Source: Lepidodermella squamata (Eukaryota; Animalia; Gastrotricha). Taken from it: a stretch of 64,000 nucleotides of DNA. A model generated the notes under the pieces. It searched no databases, had not been told where the DNA came from, and saw nothing but the letters and a program-made list of their open reading frames with translations. Positions 53,644 to 61,993 of this stretch are shown here, piece by piece. Made by a program: the position numbers and the translations under genes. The stretch lies in assembly GCA_047495785.1 (NCBI GenBank), contig JBLDXI010000009.1:3224001-3288000 (forward strand), written 5' to 3'. Position 1 is the stretch's first letter; each line of letters opens with the position of its first letter.

Positions 53644-54081
53644 ATGCAACTTTCTATGCGGATCTCTATATTTGTCATCGTAATATCTCTTACAGAGCTG
53701 TTCGTTTCAACCAACGCGAGCAAGGTCATACCAGCGACTGAGGTGGAGCATTTTGAAGCTAAACTTACAGGTACTGTTTTCGAAGATCGGAAAAGCCTTG
53801 TTTTACAGACTTTTTTACGATTTACAGCAAAGCTTCGTGACCTTCTAAATCGCAGAGAGGATGAGAAAGCGATGGATATCCTAAGACTAATGTACCAAAT
53901 CGAGAGGCGGAAACAGAAGGATAAATGCGGCCAATTATTATCATCAGCCTTGTGCAGCAACAACAGCCCCGATCCATTCTCTTTGTGGGCGAAAATCGCA
54001 GCGAGAGATTTAACGAAAGACCAATCGATGAGCATGCGCAGCAGATTACTCGGCGGGCTTAACTTACTCCGTCATCAGTAA
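53644..54081 (+). CDS. Small secreted protein family A, member A3 (126 aa; in-frame 57-nt intron 53771-53827)
   Basis: MRISIFVIVISLTELFVSTNA signal; RRK then CGQLLSSALCSNNSPDPFSLWAK. Closest to A1. Confidence 0.88.
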   Translation: MQLSMRISIFVIVISLTELFVSTNASKVIPATEVEHFEAKLTGTVFEDRKSLVLQTFLRFTAKLRDLLNRREDEKAMDILRLMYQIERRKQKDKCGQLLSSALCSNNSPDPFSLWAKIAARDLTKDQSMSMRSRLLGGLNLLRHQ

Positions 54082-54193
54082 ATAGGCAAAACTCGCTGTT
54101 GTAGTCATTATTCACCAGTTTATTTGTTACCATACATAAAAAAATGAACTAAAGAAATACTGATTTGTTGATTGCCTATTCTTGCAATATCAA

Positions 54194-56084
54194 TCATTTC
54201 TCTAATAGAGCATCGCCAGAGTTACGATCTGAGGGCGAACTGAAAGTTCTGCTGTCATCATTCATCGCGATTTCGGAGCTGTTCAATTTACTGAGGGCGG
54301 TGAATGTTTTACTCCGGTTCACCGGTGTCCCCAAGTCCATCGTTGCCGACCGTGTTCGAAAACGCTTAGCTGTAAGTAACCCAGTTGCCCATCGATACAA
54401 GCATGGGCATTTCGCTACACGGGCGAGTATTATGTGCTGAATGGCCCGGATTCTCACGGCGTAGATTATCGGGTCTGAAATTCAATGGCATTTTGTTCGA
54501 AATAATCAACAGATAATCCTAGGGGATCACGAACCTATTAGCGGATACATCATTAGCAGCGAGTTGAAAAACTTATCGACCAGAAAAAATCTACAACAAA
54601 TAAAGTGCGCTCAGTTTTTGCGATAAAAATAATTAATAACCTACCTTTGATACGACTGAGACCTCGTTTCTTCATCGACAGACTGAACTATGACTAATAG
54701 CACGAACTCAGACAGGATGAAAGGCAGCCAACTGTGAACACAGGATATTGAGTTTAGGGAATTACTAGGCCTGTGAAATTTTCCTACCACAGCGTGAAAG
54801 TGCCGAGGAACATAAGGGTTGTCAAGATAATCTTTCGAGTTCGATAAATCAATTTAGAGTTCGATTCCCGCAGCCGACTGCTGCTCATGCGTCTGGACGC
54901 GTGTTTGAGGCTAATCCCGTAACACGTGATCATCGAAGCCATGCAGATGAGAACAAGGATTATGATGAAAACATCGAACCACATCTGGCCACCAGAACGG
55001 AAGGCGCATACGCTTTGCTTTTTCGCATCGTCCGCTTCAACTATTGAAAGCATCATATTGATGAGCATTTCATTGTTGCCGTAGCTGGTACTGCAAGAAA
55101 TTAGGTGATCAGCTTATTTTAATACATGAAAAGCTTACTAATTCGAGTTGAGATGAATATCGCTAACATCTGCAGATGTATTGTAGATTTCGTCGAGTAG
55201 CGACTGGTCTACATTTTCTAGAACAATCCCTATGTCGTCACCGGCTCTTCGCCTTACGCGGGAAACGTCAGGATAAGGCGTAGACACAAGAGTAATGAAG
55301 GAGTTGACGAAGAGAACTTCTGATTGCGTAGAATCCCCAGAAATGACTTCGCTCGGAATGTGGGCTAAACTTGAGCTGTTTTGCTTCACTGAGATCAGTG
55401 GAAGGCTTTGCGTTGAGGTTTGAGACAGCAGTAGATTAATCGGGATGTCAAGCAAAACTAAAACAAAGATGAAATCATTTTTCATAAATGCAAAGAGATG
55501 TCTTACCCAGGGCAAAAGATGTGATCCATATCAAAACGGGAGACCATCTCGCCGAATGATTACTCATCATCTGCAGGGAGCATTTTCAAGCCTTCTTTTA
55601 TCAGAAAATACCAAGGAAGAACTTACGTATCTATATTTGAGGGCGTATGTCTGAAAATGATTTTAAACATTATTCGTAATATAGTAAATGTCAAACTCAC
55701 TATGCCAAGAAAGTGGTCGACACTCATACCGACCAGGTTCAGCAGGTTTACGAAGAAGCCTGCTAGTTTCAGTGTTCTCAGAACACTAGCGAGACAGTCG
55801 TAAGTCATAGTTCGAGTATGCGATGCATCGTCTGAATTTACGATTAAAATGTTGTATAGCAGGGTCAGAATGTTAACGAAACATATGTAGAGATCTCCGG
55901 CGCTAAGGCTGATCAAAAATCGACGGAGGCCGACCAGCGAGAATTTGGACTTGATTACTGCTGCCAAAACTACGCAGTTTGCTATCGTGGCGAGGAGCAC
56001 AATTGTGTAGTCGAAATAGATCTTGAAGGTTTGCAACCAAAGCCAAGAAGTCTCATTTTCGGTTGTAAAATTATTTGGGAACAT
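54194..56084 (-). CDS. Class A orphan GPCR, member 17 (inverted; paralog of member 6)
   Basis: 'NLVGMSVDHFLGI', micro-exon TYALKYRY, 'QMWFD', CWLPF, DPIIY. Confidence 0.9.
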
Positions 56085-58051
56085 GTAATCAGGTCGTTTT
56101 TTCTATTTCAAGACTGTAAATCATGGAAATTATGCATCAAGAGGCTTCATTTGCAAACGGAAGGTGAATAGGCTGTCGCGGGGGGGAGTGCTTTGAAACT
56201 ATACGCCGCTAGTTTTTGCTGCTGGTCTCACAAATTGAATTGGCATATGGGGGTGCGAGGCGTGTGTGTATGCATAAAACATGCCCAGCTTTTGAAATAA
56301 AAACATTTTTTTGCTAATGTTGCTGCGATTTAGCATAATGACATATTGCATGAGAACAAAAAGCTGATCGCTCGAATTTAGCTGCTATAATCGATTAGTA
56401 TGACCTTTCCTGCCACTTGCCGATCGCGTAGCTAGAAAAGTGGAAAATCGCTATTAACACAGATGAATTGAAAAATAACGACCGGCAGAGGTACAGGATA
56501 ACGAATAGCCTAATATACTCATCGTTTCTTTTTGAACCACGAGATAATCATAACAGTCAGACACAACATGGATATAAGTTGCGCGCTATCAAAATAACTG
56601 CTTTTTTACGAGCGCTATTTGTGTTCCGTTTTCACAATATAGACGCCGAGAAAAACTACGTCTCTCGGTGTTTATTCTATCAAAGCGTGGCGTAAAATCA
56701 GAGCGTGAAAAAATGATCGCTTCGATTTTAACGAAATAGCGGACCGATGTTTGGCCGGCACACGCCGCCGCTATTTATATTCATATTGCTCATAAGCAAT
56801 ACATAACACTTAGTCTTCCGCGGAGGAAGCATATCATGCTCTGGCGGCGCCTTGTGATATGTAATTTTTAGAGCGCTTAATAGTGTTAATTGCGTAAAAT
56901 TAAAAAATCTTAACTTACGAATCAATTAGAAAATTGAGCCGATGCTTGTTAAGAGCTTGTTAAGAAGCGAAGCAATGGATGAAGTCGCTCCGAAATTCGA
57001 ATTTATAGCGGACACAAAAAATAGGGCAAGAGACAACACGAATGAGTTGCAAATTTTGTGTTATGGATTAAGTCCAGACTACTCCATTCTTCAATTCAGA
57101 CGGGATACGGCTAATCTGTTTTTTCGAATCGATATGGGCTACATCAATTATTTTTGATGCAGGGGAACATTGACTATTCTATGACCATTACTTTGCTAAC
57201 TATGCAAGTATAATAAAAAATCAATCATTATTGTATGAATAACTTTGGCCGAATTTTTCATGCTATGTGACAAGTAGTAATCGAAGTTCGCAATTTCAAC
57301 TAGACACTTCGCCACTTCATGGGATACAATGCGTGTTCTTGCGGGCACCGCGTGATATTACGATGACAAGCATGGTACATGATATAGCTAATTCTTCCAA
57401 GGCTCGAGGCTAATGCGGGAGGTCACTCTACCTTCAGAAAAGAACCGTCCCTGCACATTTATATAACTGTGGCGTCGTATGATGCGGAGCGTGACGGGGT
57501 GAGAATCAGTTGCGCATAGAAGCTTTGATATATGTATCCGTTTCGCTTGAATTTCCGAGAAAATGTGATTACCATGTCGCAGACTTGTCTGAGACGCGCG
57601 ATACATGCTAGATCAGAGATAGTGAAAATTGAATTACAATAATTTCTCGGCTCGTTTTTTCTAAATGGTGAATCAGCGCGATTGAACATTGCTGTCAAAT
57701 CCTCCAGCTTTATATTCTGCATTGTTCACTTCAGTATGCACTGATCACCGAGACCACATTTTGGTCCAACCTATTTTCAGTGGGTTTTAGTCTGAACATA
57801 ACAGGCCTGTTGATTTTGGCACCGTGGAACTTGGCTTGAACTAGGGTTCTATCTGACAGTGGAAGGTGAAATATATAAAAAAAATCTCAAATAATGAATC
57901 ATCCATCTCGTCAATTTATATCTTGCAGTCCAAAACAGGAGACTATTGCTTAAAAAGAAGAAGAATCGAATGTCTGATCGAATCCTCATTTTCGAAATTT
58001 TCCGATGAATAGAGAGCTTCTAACGTCAATCATCAGATTAAAGTGTCATTA

Positions 58052-58423
58052 TTAGTGCAATTCAGACAACCGCCTCGAACACGATCGGCGCAAAAGCTGG
58101 GTTCGTTCGAGTAGAGTCTTCGCGATATAGCATCGGCTCCTCGAGATTGAATCGTTATCCTGCAATAAAATTTAACAACAGGATTGCAAATTGTTAACAG
58201 AATGCATTACGTTGTAGCAAGTTTTGCACAGGTCCAGTGTCATTTTGTTGAACTTGAGCGCAAGTTTGCGCATATTTATTACAGATTCGTATGGCATCAT
58301 GGTGTTTTTGAGTTTCGGTACCTCAATCTGAGGAATGGGCTCCGATTGGCCATTGATTATCAAATCAGAAGAAGCTACTATCGTGGTAATAAGTGGCATC
58401 GAACAGATGAGAAAGAAAAGCAT
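58052..58423 (-). CDS. Small secreted protein family B, member B3 (106 aa; intron 58210-58160)
   Basis: MLFFLICSMPLITTIVASS signal; RKLALKFNKMTLDLCKTCYN|DNDSISRSRCYIAKTLLERTQLLRRSCSRRLSELH*. Confidence 0.83.
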
Positions 58424-58928
58424 GTTCGATCTTCAGATAGTTGGTTCCCGATTCTCAAACTTCAGTGCTTTTTTTATCGTCTTCCTTGGGCCAATAATCC
58501 GCTATCCGCTTCGCGAAAGCCAGGAAATGGACTTCAAAGAACATTCTAAAAACAATCGTCAATCCTCACCCACTAGACCTCCCACTATAAATCTCTTACC
58601 GAGGTGCGAAATGTCTGGCAGGAAGTGAGCTTGATGAAGAGGAAATGTCGAGATTTTCTGTAAATCAAGCTAATCGTTTGGATTTCAAAGGTATGGATGG
58701 AATTCTTATTACGTACACTAGTAGGCGGTACATTAATAAGGTATCTTGATCACCAGATAATGAAAAGTAAAGGGAATAGCAAAATTAATTGAAATTAATG
58801 TGGTCACTGCCAATATGTATCGATTTCTCCACTAACAGAATTAAGCAAGCTTATAATTCAATTGCGAGATTAACTCGATCATTCTGACTCTGTTATGTTA
58901 TGCCCAGAGTTTTCGTCCCAAAGGCGTT

Positions 58929-58934
58929 TATAAA
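58929..58934 (+). promoter_or_regulatory. TATA box of secreted gene A4
   Basis: TATAAA about 60 nt upstream of ATG 58992. Confidence 0.5.
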
Positions 58935-58991
58935 CCTGATCTTACAGCCGACCGCAGGTATCCCTCGTATCCTCATTTCCATTTGCGAATC

Positions 58992-59416
58992 ATGAATTTT
59001 ATCTGGTTGATCTTTTTCGTAGCACCGGCTGTTATGGCCATCACATTACCGACTGACTATGCCAGTGGCCGAAACTCGCTCGGCCTAAATGATATAAATG
59101 ATCTTGTTTCCCGATCCACAAGTGAGTTCTGAATTCTAGTTTATAGCCATTCATTCATTTTGGCAAATATTTAGGACGGATCGAATCCCTTATTCGGAAG
59201 GGTGAGGATGCTAAGGCGATGATTCTAATGCGACGAATTATGACAGTCAACAAGCGTCAGCGGCAGGTAAAGTGCACCGAAGCACTTTCCAGTTCATTAT
59301 GCAATAACCTGAGCCCGCAACCGTTCAACTTCTGGGCGAAAATGACAGCCAGGGCGTTTTCAGGTAACGCTGCTAACGAAATGCGCCAGCGGATCATGAC
59401 TGAACTGAATCAGTAA
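58992..59416 (+). CDS. Small secreted protein family A, member A4 (123 aa; exons 58992-59121, 59175-59416)
   Basis: MNFIWLIFFVAPAVMA signal (exon 1 not in the track); 53-nt phase-1 intron; KRQR then CTEALSSSLCNNLSPQPFNFWAK. Confidence 0.88.
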
Positions 59417-60124
59417 ACCTGACTGAAAAATGACTCATATCGAAAATCCGATCTTTTTTTTATTAAATGATTTTTTGGAATAAAAAGTAAGCAGATGAAG
59501 AGTAATCAGAGATGTAATCAGAGATCAATTAAAATCATAACGGCAGTTGGACCAATTCTCATCGGCTGAGCTTACGTGTCTCCATTAATGTCATACAGCT
59601 GCGTATATCCATGCATTTTCATTACAAAGATCACCCGCCCGAAAATAATGCCTAATGCCTGATGTCCCAAATTTGAAGATTTATTCGGTTATTCGGGTAT
59701 TCGCTTATCAACTTGTTTTGCATGCTAGTTTTCAATTATTGGGTGATCCAAATTGACGGGCGTGTCGGAACGTATTAGCCCTTTTGTCATTTTCAAATTC
59801 CGAGCACCGAGCAGTTAACCCGAGCCTTATGCCGAGCTCATGCCTTGCGCGAACTGTCGTCACTGAACCTCATACAAAGTGCAATTTGATCAAAAAACTA
59901 GAGGCAATGGCAGCTTTTCCAAGTGGAGCGACGGTGAATCATGGCATCTACCTATTGAGCTGTGAAAGATGCAATAAAAAACGAGAGGGTAAAATGCTAC
60001 GTGAAAAGAGTTTTTCACCGTCTACAGTATACCCTGCGTGAGCTCGTATAAATCTTCTAGCATCGGCCTTCATTCAACACTACTGCTTTCTGTTTTACCA
60101 TCTAAGGCTTTCATTGCATTCATC

Positions 60125-60799
60125 ATGGCAGAAAACAATTACAAGCCATCCGTAGAGCAGGAGAAGGAGTTCTTCGAAGCTTGTGCGAAGAACGACCACG
60201 AGGCTGTTAAGAACCTGTTGACTCAGGTTAACGCCCTGCAGCTGGTTAACGCAATTTACGACCCGAATGTTCATGGCGAGATAGCTATTGCTGATGAAGG
60301 ATCGTGGACCGTTAATACGAACTGTTTACACTTTGCCGCTTGGTTTGGCCAGACGAAAATGGTCAAGGACCTAATGACGACAAAGCTTTCCCTGGAAATG
60401 ATCTACAACTCGGTGGATCAAGAAGAAGCTCTTAACAGGCTGAGAGCTTTTGCCAATTTTCAATGTGGAGCCGACAGCAATGGCGCGACACCGCTTCACT
60501 ACGCAGCCTGTGCCAACAAGCCCGAGACGGTTGAGGCGTTGATCAATTTCCAGGGTGAGCACAGAATGGCTGATCTTGACACACGCCGAGCTGACCTCTA
60601 CGGATTCTCCCCACTGTTGTGGGCTGTCAAAGAAGGCAGTTTGGAAGCTGCTGAAATGCTCTACAAATACGGGGCTGATCCAAGATTGGTGGATGACGAG
60701 GGAAATAACATCGAAAAACTGGCTGAAGCTACCCACAAAGATGAAGGTAAAGAAGATCTGCTCCACTTTGCGAAGGCTGCTTGGCAAACCCACGAGTAG
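60125..60799 (+). CDS. Ankyrin-repeat protein, paralog 1 (single coding exon)
   Basis: NCLHFAAWFG, GATPLHYAA, GFSPLLWAV...GAD...D.EGN. TATAAA near 60047. Confidence 0.9.
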   Translation: MAENNYKPSVEQEKEFFEACAKNDHEAVKNLLTQVNALQLVNAIYDPNVHGEIAIADEGSWTVNTNCLHFAAWFGQTKMVKDLMTTKLSLEMIYNSVDQEEALNRLRAFANFQCGADSNGATPLHYAACANKPETVEALINFQGEHRMADLDTRRADLYGFSPLLWAVKEGSLEAAEMLYKYGADPRLVDDEGNNIEKLAEATHKDEGKEDLLHFAKAAWQTHE

Positions 60800-61330
60800 A
60801 TGTTTGAAGATGCATTTTATGACTGGGATTCATATTTTCAATTTACACGCTTATATTCTCGCCTTTACCTTCGTACTGCTTTATATCACGTTCGCGACTG
60901 TCAGAATAAAACTGCCATAAGCGTTGAATTACGTCGACTTTTTCATCATGTTTTGTATAAATGCATGAAAAAACTGGGCCGTCACCGCAGCAGGTATGCT
61001 TCTTTCACCGACCGCTTGCTCTCGTACTGTGTATAGAATTAACTATTCCTATGTTCATGCGCGGCGAGACCTGACATATTCAGCATACATACGCCTCGCA
61101 CCAGCAGACTCTGATCAATACTCACATCAATTATGTAGCCTTGAGCATCGTGAAGCTTTGACCAGCTGTTTTCTTCAATCATAAAAAAGATTCGATTTTT
61201 TTCGTCAGAGATTTTTATGAATAGGCGTGTAATTTTCTCGTTGCATATATAACACTATTTCATTATTTTATCGCTAGATTTTTCACTTTTGATTCTTGCT
61301 ACTAATTTGTAGGGTATAAAATATACTTAA

Positions 61331-61993
61331 ATGGATCAAATTCCTAAACCAACGGTTGATCATCAGCGAGAGTTCTTCGTTGCAAGTGCTAAAGGAGACT
61401 ATGAAACTGTTCAAAGACTTCTAAATCAAGTTCATCCTCTTCTCCTATTGAACTCTCTCTACGACCCTAAAATCCATGGCGAGATTAGCGTCGCTGGCGA
61501 AGGTTCGTGGTTCGAAAACTCAACCTGCCTCCACTTCGCCGCTTGGTTCGGCCATTCGAAGATCATCGAGGACACAATGCTTGCCAAGGTTTCGCTGGAA
61601 GCTGCATTCAATCAAACGAATAAAGCCCAGTCATTTTTCCGGTTGAAAGAGCTCGTCGATAAACAGTGTGGGGCGTTTCAGAACGGAGCTACGGCCCTTC
61701 ATTATGCCGCTGCTTCAAACAGCGCTAAATGCATTGAGCTACTTTGTGTTTGCCAGGATGAGAGAGTTGCGGATGTCGACTATCGACGTGTGGACATGAG
61801 TGGCTACACGCCTGCTATGGTTGCGTTCTGGCAGGGTAACATGGAAGCTGCAGAGGCGCTCTACAATCAGGGTGCGGACTTCAAGTTAACGGATAAGGAT
61901 GGCAACAACCTCGGAGATATCGCTCGCTCATCGAGGGCTGAAGATAAGCGAAATAATCTTCTCGATTTTGCGACCCGAGCTATAAATGCTTGA
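61331..61993 (+). CDS. Ankyrin-repeat protein, paralog 2 (single coding exon)
   Basis: TCLHFAAWFG, GATALHYAA, GYTPAM...GAD..LTDKDGN. Colinear with paralog 1. Confidence 0.9.
   Translation: MDQIPKPTVDHQREFFVASAKGDYETVQRLLNQVHPLLLLNSLYDPKIHGEISVAGEGSWFENSTCLHFAAWFGHSKIIEDTMLAKVSLEAAFNQTNKAQSFFRLKELVDKQCGAFQNGATALHYAAASNSAKCIELLCVCQDERVADVDYRRVDMSGYTPAMVAFWQGNMEAAEALYNQGADFKLTDKDGNNLGDIARSSRAEDKRNNLLDFATRAINA

Noticed and set aside
57459-57722. 87-aa minus-strand ORF with three Cys
   Set aside because: No signal peptide, no paralog and no recognisable motif.
58200-58240. B3 'LCKTCYN' resembling CHH/ITP 'VCEDCYN'
   Set aside because: CHH-family peptides have six Cys with different spacing; family B has four in the mature region.
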